A DNA stretch of 57,725 bases, counting the filler, from Platydemus manokwari (taxonomy: Eukaryota), in the NCBI GenBank assembly GCA_037951405.1. It is 5 parts of 5 records of this genome, joined end to end, with 100 filler letters (N's around TTAATTAATTAA, not from the genome) between each part and the next. Parts side by side here need not be neighbours in the genome. Positions count along the whole stretch, not along the records: positions 11,592 to 21,921 come from JBBMOY011144548.1; positions 22,022 to 31,840 come from JBBMOY011200766.1; 3 more parts are not named here. One strand, given 5' to 3'. Made by a program: the position numbers and the translations under genes. Every line of letters begins with the position of its first letter. The first letter of the stretch is position 1. Under the pieces are notes generated by a model. That model worked only from the letters and a program-made list of their open reading frames with translations, was not told the origin of the DNA and did not search any database. This document shows positions 11,915-22,950 of the stretch, in pieces.

Positions 11915-14315
11915 TGAATATCTTTTAAAGTGTTCAAATGCAAGAATAATCCATTTGTTTAAATGGCAAACAAATATTGAGAGTTACCCTGCTCTCAGTG
12001 AAACTAGTCTGCTTTACAATACAAAATCCGAACAATCTCAAAAATTTAGTGACGTCGGATGATTTATTGGGTTCCAAATGTTGTCCAGCAAAAATGAATC
12101 TCCAATTGTATAACATCGCGTATCTCATTAACACGTCAATATTGAATATTGATGAATCAGTAATGCCGAACACAAGATTGTACACCCCAATATAATCAAT
12201 GAAGACATCAATTGAATGATAGCAGCTATAGTAACTGGTGCATTTCCCATCGGTTAGATATGTTACCATATTGTTAGTTAATAATTGATTATTGGAACTG
12301 TAGCTATTCAGATGCAACACAAAATCGAAACAACCCCACACAATTAATCGACTGGATTTGTATTGCGCTACTGATGTAAAAGTGAATTTATTTGTTGCAG
12401 CAACGCGATCTATTTGACTGTCTTTTGCAATGGTAAATAAGTAACCCGGACAAGCATATGCAGCCACAATTATGCCTTTCAATACTTGATATCTAGCAGT
12501 TGTTGGTGTAATGAACTGTAAATATAAATCATCAATCAATATCCACATTGAATACAAGTTATCTCACTTTTAATGCGTGGTTATCATTGAAAAATGCCTT
12601 CACATAATTGCAATCATTTCGAGATTCACAAGTTTCAGTAAATCCGTAGAAATTACATTGCAACTTTTTCTCATCGAAATGGAATATTTCACAATTAAAG
12701 GCAATACATTGAATGGCACAATTGGAAATGTCTCTTGTAATGATTGTTTTTGTTGGTTTGAATACGCAAACCATTTTACCAACAAATCTCACTTGGCATT
12801 GAATAAATGTTAAACTGGAAATGATTAAAATAATTTTCATTATTCGAAATGATTTGTTTAATTTCTAAATCTATTGTAAATATTTTTCACTGTTTATCTA
12901 TATTGATAAAGTTTGTCAACAACAATAATGATATATAATTATCCAAAAGCAAATTGATTGAAAACATTATATTGATTTTTCTTTGTTTAAATATTTATAT
13001 AGGAATATATAAAATAATTTTTCATACAAATTAATAAATACTACAGACACTAAATTATTATTAATATTGACTGTCATTACACGATTTTGAAGCATTAACC
13101 GAAATTTTCACGATAATTATGTAAAAAATTAGATAAGTATGTTGTTGCACTTGTGGCAAAGATTATAATCTTGATTTGATGTCATTTTCAATTATACTTT
13201 ATCGATTTTTAAACCAATAATCTGGATCCTTTCAAATTAATATTTATTAATGGATGAAATGAAAGCAATTAATCGTTTTAAATAATACAAAACAGCTGGT
13301 TATTACGGATAACATTGTCTTGTTCGCTGCCATTTTTATTGTAAGAACACTAATATCAAACACATCACAAAAATCACAACAAAAAGTTTTTGATAATTTA
13401 TGTTATTGTGGAGATAATATAACTGGGATTATTGATAAGTGTTGAAAATTTAAGTTTTCTTTATCAATATAACAAAATTTTGAATAATAAAACGAACGAA
13501 AGCCAAAATGTAATTTAAAAGCTTATAAATAGAGCAAATTTGGAACCATTTTAGAAATAAAACGTAGCACTTGCATTTCATCACATAATATTTCCAATTC
13601 AAACGAAAAAAAGAAAGATAAACTGAAACAAGTAGTCATGACAGTTCCTAAATTTCATGTTAACTGAAAACATCCAATCAGAGGAAACCGCAAAAATCGA
13701 AAAATGTTATTATAAATGACAAAGCACAATACAAATAAATTGATAAACAATTTTGGCAGTCAAAAATTGCCTGTGGAACAAGATAAATTTGTTATTGTGA
13801 TGAATAATTTTTATTTAGTAGTATTAATGATATTAATGATATTCATACCATAAAGAGAACAATTAAATGTGTTGAGTAAATTCACAACAAACTACTTGCA
13901 TCTTATTTTAGTACTACCTACCTACATAACAATATATGAATGGCAATCATGCAATCATGGCTAAATTAGATGGAAAATGATAATTCAAAAAAGAGACATT
14001 GCCACACACTAAAACACATAAGATTTGAACAATTTTGAGTATAGAGTGTCTACAAGAGTAATAGTAGATTGAGAAATTAAATACCTATATAAAGTTATCC
14101 AACTGTTGATTGGAAGACAAATTTTTATTTGTCGTTTCTGAGATGTGTTATGGCGATGTGGAAGCGCTGGTATCGTAGAGATTAGAACTTGCTAAAATAA
14201 ACTTTAAACTTTAAGTGTACGAAGGTAAATAAATTAGAAGGAAGAAAAATTGAGAAACGAAGCATTGATTATTTGAACATATTATGGTAAAAATTAAGAT
14301 AATAAAAAATATTTG
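11915..14315. repeat. Segmental duplication, unit A (gene plus ~1.45 kb of 5' flank)
   Basis: Collinear with ~18295-20745. Shared non-coding anchors: aacgtagcacttgcattt (13561/19821), catccaatcagaggaaac (13671/19933), agatggaaaatgataattc (13969/20224), ttgagaaacgaagca-tgattatt (14250/20680). Confidence 0.85.
11934..12840 (-). CDS. Secreted PAN/Apple-domain protein, copy A (284 aa, 2 exons: 12840-12568 and 12515-11934)
   Basis: Signal peptide MKIILIISSLTFIQC. PAN-type Cys pattern C...CAIQC...CEIFHF...CNFY. A 52-nt phase-0 intron (AAA|gtgaga...ttacag|TTC) joins ORF-track ORFs 12559-12840 and 11934-12557. The paralog at 18313-19228 has the same structure. Confidence 0.85.
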
Positions 14316-14743
14316 TATCAAAAGATTCCCGCTGGTTTAAATCTTTTTGAAAATAAAATGGTGATACTTAATCCTAATATTCTTCTTGGAGTATGTTCAG
14401 TCATATCTGATGTAGACCAACTATTACTAAAATCCCCATGAATAATTACGATGATATAAAAATGGATAACGACATTATAAATGAAAATCAAAAATTGAAA
14501 TTGAAATAATTAATGAAACAATATGGTGATATAATAGATAAACATGAAGTTGACGTAGTTACCATTTATGTGGTGGAATACGAAAAATCATTGTTAGCAG
14601 ACAAATAAATGCCCATAGGACTGAGATTGTACCGGGTAGCTGATGTATTTTAGTCTGAATTGTAGTGGAAACTTTGTTGGGTTCTTTTCTAAAGGTTTGT
14701 ATTTTTTAGTTTCGTACAGTCATGTTCTTGTATTTAATTATAA

Positions 14744-15334
14744 ATGTATTCCATTATATCTGATAACAAGAAACAATTCGGAGTTAAATTTATGAGAGAG
14801 GCGTGTTTAAATTTGGGTAACAAACAAGAATTCAGATCACCATGCCATTATCAATCGAACAGGCTAGTGGAAACAGTCCTCAGGACTGTACGAGATATGA
14901 TAACAGCTACTTTAAAGAGTAACAATTATGGGGAAAATTGGGCTGAGTTGTTGCTAAAGATAGAGTTCTGCATCAACGCAATACATCAATCAACAACGAA
15001 GTTCTCGCCTTTTGAGATAATCTACTGGCGGAAGACCAGTGTTCACAAGAATCAAACTCAAGATTATATTGCAGCAGCAACTAGAGAAAATTCTAAAGTG
15101 GCAGCCGCCATAAGGTCTAACCAAGACAGGGGAAAAAGACCAAATCGAGCTTTTCAGGTGGGAGAGAAGATGCTAGTTCGCGTAGCTCCCTATAAGATGA
15201 AGAAGAATGGATACCAGCACGAAGGCCTTTACCGAATTACCGGATTCAGGTCAGACAGACAAGTGGTGATTCAATTCTCTCATGCGATTAGAAGAACTGA
15301 AACGATAGAGTGGGGCTTAAGAGGAGGCAAGTAA
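14744..15334 (+). mobile_element. Ty3/Gypsy integrase fragment (C-terminal rve core plus GPY/F region), followed by a PPT-like tract
   Basis: IISDNKKQF (cf. SDNGxQF), SPCHYQSNRLVE (cf. PYHPQSNGxVE), W...IEFCIN...STTKFSPFE, FQVGEKMLVR...GLYRI. Purine tract aagaggagg at ~15319-15327. Conserved residues are degenerate. Confidence 0.85.
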
Positions 15335-18294
15335 GGTGATTAAATAAAGAACACGTTGTATTTGTTTTTAATAATTATTTGGTGGATTAGCGTAGTTCTT
15401 CTAATAAATATTATGCCTGAAAGTGTTGATGACGTAACTGATAAGATTTTATATCATTTTCTAATTCGTGATTTATTTGTTTCAGTACTTTTCATTAGCC
15501 AATTTTAGGATGTTGAATAGGAAAAATCACGATGGTGAAGCAGATTTCCTTTTTTAATCACTTCTATCTGATGTTTTATTTTAATAAAATACATTACATG
15601 TTTATTATTCTAAATTCTAAACCGCCTCTCAATTAAATTGTAATGCGACAAAAATGTTGTCACTTATTTAAAGAAAATTTCAATTTAGATATTTCGGTAG
15701 ATTATTAAAATATTAATTTTTAAAAAAGTTTACATTTTTAGTGTGTTCAATATTTTATTCAANNNNNNNNNNCAATTAAAATAGTTCTCTAGCACTTCAA
15801 GAAAAATTGCAAAATGTTTTTCATGAATATCATTAGATAAACTAATTAAATTTTTGCAACACACTCGGCAAATTAGAAATTTAATTTAATTATCCTTTTT
15901 CGTAACTTTAAGCCAAACAATTTAATTGTTAAAAAAGAAAAATTTTTCATATATTGATTTGTTAGAGATAAATCATACTTTGTTTTGTTGCTTAAATAAT
16001 ATGTGTTACTAATTGAAGTAATTTTTGAAATTACGAAAAATATTGATTAACTTTAGAAAAATAAGAAAATGCATCGTTTTTCTTGCCAAATATATTTCTT
16101 AATTGAAAGAATATTATTTATTTTGAAAAATCGAAACATTTTGCGTTAATTAAAACAAACGATCACAAATGTATAATTATCTTTCGAAATACTTTATTTG
16201 ATAAATTATTTAGTAAAAACTTATTCTCGTTGAATTGAATGCGAGAATTGAAATATTTTGTGATAAATAAGGATAAGTCCATTGTAAATAATAAATGAAA
16301 TATAAAATAAAATAATAAACAATGGCCACAGTGTTCCATATCCATTGATATGATATCGATATAGAATATCTGCAACAACATTGTTCCCAATGTGATGATG
16401 GACTTAAATGTTGTTAACATTGTTTGATGACTTTTAAATTGAAATTTTGTAATAATGAAGCTCTTTAACAATATTGATGTCGATTCTTGCTGAACAATGT
16501 GATTTTGTTGAAATTTACGAAAGCTTTTGTTGATATCTTTTAATAATAAAATTGATAGTTTTAGATAACCTGATAATTGTTAGAAGCAGATGTGCTGCAT
16601 GAATAGGTTTGATAGTAAAACTCGCTTGTTTACCCTCATTGTTTATCAAATATATTGATTTTTCAGCAATTTATCTTACAAATTCAATAAATAAAATTAT
16701 ATTGAAAGTAAAATTAACCTTTCATAAATGATGGAATTTCTTATTTGAAATCTTAATGAAAAGACATTTTGAAATACATAAAAACATAAAGATAAATTAA
16801 ACTGGACATCCTTTTACAAATTTTTAAATGGAATGGCATTTGCAGTTGTTAATTTTTTAAAGTCAAATTAGAGCCATTAAAATTTATTCTACAATTGTTG
16901 TGATTTCACGTCACATTGATATTGATTAATTGTAATTCGTTGGAACACCTTTTCATTATATAGAGCTTAAATTGTTCTCTGTGTATCGCATCATTACGAG
17001 TTTCTTTCTATCAAAATAATCCAAGGATGCGTTATCATCTTGAAATATACAGAAGTAGTCACAGAAACATTTAAACAGGATAATTCTGAGAAACCGAGAA
17101 AGTGAAAAAATTGAGCTTTGAAACGTATTTGAGTTGTATTCTACTACAAAGATTAAAGCCTAAAAACATTGAGTGGGTATCTTGAAAACGATTTATTTTA
17201 TATTTTATTTTATTTTATTTGTTTTTAACACCGTAGAGACAAGAAGGTGAAAAGAAATCAGCAATTAAATTGAAATATCAGTGATCATTTTACCAGACAA
17301 ATTAACGGTTTCAACAGAAACACTCAAAAGTCTTATTCAAATATTATTTTTTACTTCTGATAAAATAGGAGATTCCTAGTAAAATAAAATGGAATTATAA
17401 ATTTGATTTCGAGAATTTTGTAAAATTCTTAGAAAACAGATAATTTTAATTCCAAAAGATTTTGTATCCTTGGAAACGCTTAATGAAGAAACCATTTGTG
17501 GTTTATACCAACATGACAACAGTTCCATATGATTATTGGATTAATCAGTGATTGTATTGATTTGAAATCGAATTTTTTTTAGATTAAACATAGATTAAAC
17601 ATATCATTTTTAAATGCATGATAAATTTCAGATACAATTATAATGATGTTCACAGTGTCGTCAAATTATCATGCTTGAAATCGGGCTAATCAAACAAAAT
17701 AACCATGGAGAAAATAAACTATTACAGTAGAGATGGGAAAATCAATAGATTATTATGATTTCTATTACGAATTTCATTGAATAAATTTAAGTTTCTGTTC
17801 TAGGAGCTTAGATATCATATTCATGATAATATATTTTTATCCTCAAAAGCATGGTTGGCTGGACTATCAAAACTGAATATCTATTGATGTTGTCTACTCC
17901 TTTTAAATATTCAATACAGACATTTCGAGATGAAATATCAAAATCTTTTCAAATCTTTTATTAGCAAGCTAAATTATATTTATTATTTATAAAATTAATT
18001 ATATATAAAATCTAACCGCGTATCATTTAATATTTTCCATGTTAATGAATAAAAATAATAAAAAAGTACAATATATTTAATAGTTTTATTATTTTTTAGT
18101 GAATTTTTCATTTTATTATTTTGAAACAATTACGATTAATAAGACATAAAATAAATAAAAGAAATAAATAAAAGCAATTTCTATTAAATCATAAATTGTC
18201 AAAAATTTAATGAAATATCACTAATCAATAGATTATCATTATTATTATCGATGTTTATTGTTAGATGATAACAAAGCGAATCAATAAATATTCT

Positions 18295-20745
18295 CCATAT
18301 CTTATAACGTTCTCAGATGCAATCATAATCTATTTGATTTTTCGGCTTACATATACTATTTGTCACCATATATTCACTAAAATTATGCATTTTTCCTGGA
18401 CAAAATCCGAACAATCTTAATAATTTCGTGACATCAGTTTGCTTATTGATTACAAAATTTCGTCCAGCAAAAATGAATGCCCAATTGTGTAGCAACGCGT
18501 TTTTCATTAAGAGATCAACATTAAATATGGACGAATCCATAACACCAAATACAAGATTGCTGACACCAATATAATCATTGAAGTTGTCAATTGAATGATA
18601 GCAACTATAGTAACTTGTACATCTCCCATCAGTTAAGTAGGTGACCATATTGTTTGCTAATAATTCATTATTCGAGCTGTAGTCATTCATATGTAACACA
18701 AAATCCATAGAAATCCACACAAGTAATCTAATCGATTTGTATTGTGATACTGCTGAATGAGTAAATTTCTTTTCTAATGGGGTGCTAATGTGCTCTATTT
18801 GACTATCTTTTGCAATGGTAAATAAGAAAGATGACGTTTTTGGTGCAGCAACAGGTATGTGTTTCAATATTTGATATCTTCCAGTTGTTGGTGTAATGAA
18901 CTTTAGCTATAAATCATCAACCAATATTCGTATATAAAACAAATAATCCCACCTTTGATGCGTGATTGTCATTGAAAAATGCCTTCACATAATTGCAATC
19001 ATTTCGAGATTCGCAAGTTTCAGTGAATTTGTAGAAATTGCATTGCAGGTTTTTCTCATCAAAATGAAATATTTCACAATTAACAGCAATACATTGAATG
19101 ACACAGCTGGAAATATCTCTCGTATTGATTGTATTCGTTGGATTGAAAACGCAAACCATTTTACCGACGAATTTCACTTGGCATTGAATAAATGTTAAAC
19201 TGGATATGATTAAAATTATTTTCATCATTTGAGATGATATCGCAATTGTTAAATCGATTTAAAATATTTTGCACTGTCTATGTAAATTGAAGTTTGTCTA
19301 CAACAACAATGATAATTAACTGACCAATTACATCGATAGAAAAATTATATTGATTCGTCTTTGTTTAAATATTTCTATAAAAATATATCATAAAATAATT
19401 TTTCATGGAAATCGATAAATACTATAGACACAATAAAAAGTTTAGATAATAATTTTTTCATATTTTTAGAATATTTTCATGATAATTATTTTATTAAATA
19501 CGGTATTAATGTCGTTTTATTTGTGTTACAGATCATAATTTTCATTTGATGTTATTTTCAATTCTATTATATCGATTTTTGAAACCAATAGTCTGGGTCT
19601 TTTAAAAAATACATGTATAAATAGCTTAAAATGAAAATAATAAATCATTTTAAATAGTAGGTGACTACGGATAATATTGTCTTGTTTGCTGTCATTTGCT
19701 GTCAAAAATTAAATTTCTATAATGGATATAACACAATTTTGAATAATAAAATCAACGAAAACCAAAAACAAATTTAAAATCTTGTAAGTAGAACAATTTT
19801 TAAACAATTTTTAAAATTAAAACGTAGCACTTGCATTTAACATAAGATATTTCGAAATCAATCAAAAAAAACCTAATAATAAACATTAAACCTAATAAAC
19901 ACAAATAGTCGTCACAATTCCTAACTAAAAAACATCCAATCAGAGGAAACACAGCAAAAAATACGAAAAACTTTCGATAAACAATTTTGGCATACAAAAA
20001 TCCACAGTAGAACTGAATAAAATCGGTATTGTGATGAATAATTTTTATTTATTGGTATTAATTAAATATTATTGATTTTTAATACCCAAAAGAGGATAAT
20101 TAAATCTGTTGAGGAAAGATGAAACGTCACAACAAACCATTGGGCACCTTATTTTAGTACGGTTTAGAATTAGTTGGCTTACACAACAATACATGAACGG
20201 CAATCAACCATCACGACTAAATAAGATGGAAAATGATAATTCGAAAAAGATTCGCATTAAAACACATAGGGATTGAACAATCCTGAGTAAACCAAAAATC
20301 TACAAGTGCAATAGATTTAAAATATATAATTAAAGTAAATTTAAATTATATTTTCATTACTTTTTGATATTAGAAGTTATATTATAGGAGTAGATGCTCC
20401 TTTTACGTTTTCACGTAATGATGGCTATATGGTGATTTATAGCACTATGCCAGAAAACGATATTTTTGTGAAAATGAAACAATAATATTTGAGGGAATGG
20501 TGAATTCAGTTATACGGAATTTAGGTGAGTTAAGAAATATATATATATAATAGGAAATAGGAAGGTTTAAATCTACCTCTGTTTGAGATCAGTTTGTTTA
20601 AATCAGAAATTAAAATTGAGAGCTTTTTAGAACATTGGAGTACAATAGTAAAAAAAATAGAAGATAGATTTTAGTACAATTGAGAAACGAAGCAGTGATT
20701 ATTACATCATGACGTGGTCAAAATTTAGACGAAAAAATATATTTG
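18295..20745. repeat. Segmental duplication, unit B
   Basis: Direct-orientation copy of ~11915-14315, offset ~6.3-6.4 kb. Confidence 0.85.
18313..19228 (-). CDS. Secreted PAN/Apple-domain protein, copy B (~287 aa, 2 exons: 19228-18953 and 18900-18313)
   Basis: Same signal peptide and PAN Cys pattern as copy A. A 52-nt phase-0 intron (AAG|gtggga...ctaaag|TTC) lies at the homologous position. The frame is open to TGA at 18313. Confidence 0.85.
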
Positions 20746-20933
20746 AAATTATTACTGGAAAAATAAATAAAATTAATATTGAAGTTCGTTATGAGCAGAA
20801 AGTCATAAGCACACTCAGGCATAATATTTATTAGAAAAACTACACTTATTCGCCAATCAATTGTTAAAACAAATACAACGTGTTACTCACGATACTAAGC
20901 AAAAATTGAATTTTATGTAAAAATTTCATTGTA

Positions 20934-21921
20934 GAGGAAAGCCCACAACCAGGAGCCTGTGTTTGCTGTGGTGAGCTTGGACACCGGAAGTTTGAATGTC
21001 CACTGCGTAATAAATGTTTGATATGCGGAAAAGAAGGACATACGTTCCAATAATTTCATTTAGCCAGGATGCCTAGTTACAATAGTCCGAGGAGAATACT
21101 GTGCATCCATGACAATGAGGATAAAGCCGATATTCAAACTGAAAGTGAAGCAAGTGATTGTGTAAGCTCACTCTCCATGGAAGGGAAAAAACTGTACTCA
21201 ACCTCCTATGCCTATCTCGTCAGTGGGGTTGAGTTAATAGGACATATATCAGCGAGAGATCGAATAGTAGTAAAGAAAGAAGACGGCAAGAGGTAGAGGA
21301 AGCATTCACAGATGTATCAGAAAGCCGGTGGTAGACAGTGGAGTAAAATTGAGTGTAATAGTACAAAAATTGAAATGCATGGGATTCTGGTGCATCAATA
21401 ACAGTAATGAACAAGAGAAATTGGAAACGCATTGGAGAGTCGCAGATTATAAATTCGGACTGGCGTATTCTCCAATTCACAAAAGTCGTGTCTAGGAAAA
21501 TAAGGATCCCAATTGTTTGGAACAACAAAATTATAGTAAAGGAGACCATTGTAGTAAAAGAAATTTTACCAGGATTTATTGGAGGATTTGATATGATGAA
21601 GACTTGTGGAATATTCCTTGCAGGGATAAAATCAATTGATGCAAATGATGTGGGAAGGAAATACAGCGACCAAGACAGAATCGAAATGGCACTGAAGAGT
21701 ATCGCTGACCAGAACGATATTTCATTGAATAGATGTATAAATGAAAATGGCTCAATTTTTATGGCTTATGTGTTCGATTTGGGATTAGCCGATTTGGTGA
21801 AGCACGAAATCCGAACAAAAGGTGAACCTATTTGTCAAAATCCTAGAAGGCAGCCAATAAATTTAGAAACCAAAATTCAAGAATTGATAGAAAATCTTCT
21901 GGAAAGTAATGTCATAACACC
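20934..21921 (+). mobile_element. Ty3/Gypsy gag-protease-RT fragment, decayed and truncated by the gap
   Basis: Two CCHC knuckles, CVCCGELGHRKFEC (from 20958) and CLICGKEGHTFQ*. Aspartic protease motif WDSGASITV (~21380). FIGGFDMM. RT N-terminus HEIRTKGEPICQNPRRQP...IQELIENLLESNVI. Confidence 0.9.
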
Positions 21922-22021
21922 NNNNNNNNNNNNNNNNNNNNNNNNNNNNNNNNNNNNNNNNNNNNTTAATTAATTAANNNNNNNNNNNNNNNNNNNNNNN
22001 NNNNNNNNNNNNNNNNNNNNN
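21922..22021. other. Artificial scaffold join (N44-TTAATTAATTAA-N44)
   Basis: Linker at 21966-21977. Confidence 0.95.
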
Positions 22022-22031
22022 CTATGCAAAA

Positions 22032-22721
22032 TGTACTTTAAATAAATAAATATTTTTCAAAAAAAACCGAAATTTTAAGGTTATACACCTAATAGTATAA
22101 AATCTTCTCGGTAGCAATATCTTTTCGTCCGCTTGAAAATTTCCTTGGTTAATATTTCTTGTCGCAATCGTCTACAAAGACTTAAATAATCTGTCCAAAA
22201 GTGTAGAATTAGAAAAACCAAATTGATTGAATTTATTCTCAACTGTGCTTCTGTAGTTAGTAGTTGTGGGTGTAGTTCGATGACCAGCGCCGCTATTTAT
22301 ACGCGCCTGGTCATGTCTATTTTTTCTCACGGCTCTTCATGCAGATTTTTGACACCTTAACCTTCTATTTTCATACCGATTTTCAGAGATTTTTCTCACA
22401 CATTGACTTCTATTTCGGTCAATTTTTCACATAAGCCTATTTGTCGATTCAACTGAATAATTAACGGTTCTAGCTTATTATTTATTATAATTAACCTTTC
22501 TTATATTAACTTTTCTTCTTTTAACTTTGCTATTCATTGTTTGCTTCATTCTCTAATTTTTGGTATTTATTATATTTATTATTAATGTCATTATTTTTCT
22601 TTATCATTTCTTATCAATTTTATTATTTATTGTTATTTTATTATTAATTACATTATTTATTGTTCATTTATTTATCATATCTCTCCGCACCGTCCATCTT
22701 CCACGCTGCCAGATTTTAACA
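22032..22721 (-). mobile_element. LTR-like segment
   Basis: On minus it begins TGTTAAAATCTGGCAGCG at 22721 and has a GTATAAATAG TATA box at ~22293-22302. The 3' boundary near the gap is uncertain and no partner LTR is in the window. Confidence 0.35.
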
Positions 22722-22790
22722 TAATATATAAAAAATAATAAATAAGACACTTAATAGTAATAGCTTAATACTATAAAAATGCTTATCAAT

Positions 22791-22950
22791 ATTCAACCCA
22801 GAATGTTTATTTTTAAGTAAAAAAAGGTATCAACATTCAAAGCAGAAAGTTTATTGTTTAGTCAATCACGGATATTCAAAACAAAAGGTTTATTGTTTAA
22901 TCAATCATGGGTATTCAAAACAGAAGGTTTATTGTTTAACAATCACGAAT
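22791..22950. repeat. ~39-bp degenerate tandem repeat (4 units)
   Basis: Units of ATTCAAAACAGAAGGTTTATTGTTTAATCAATCAC-like sequence start at 22791, 22835, 22874 and 22913. Confidence 0.8.

Noticed and set aside
16163-17980. Protein-like broken frames between the PAN copies (HHHIGNNVVADILYRYHINGYGTLWP on minus; LIPKDFVSLETLNEETICGLYQHD on plus)
   Set aside because: No recognisable family, multiple stops, and no visible similarity to the PAN genes.
11977-19198. Plus-strand ORFs 11977-12195, 12577-12813 and 18962-19198, apparently conserved between the duplicates
   Set aside because: Their conservation is explained by the minus-strand PAN genes.
21922-22721. Treating the gag-PR-RT fragment and the LTR-like segment after the gap as one element
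   Set aside because: They have opposite inferred orientations and are separated by an artificial join.
22791-22950. Regularly spaced ~39-bp repeats as a CRISPR-like array
   Set aside because: The whole unit repeats with no unique spacers, the context is eukaryotic, and there are no cas genes. It is an ordinary minisatellite.
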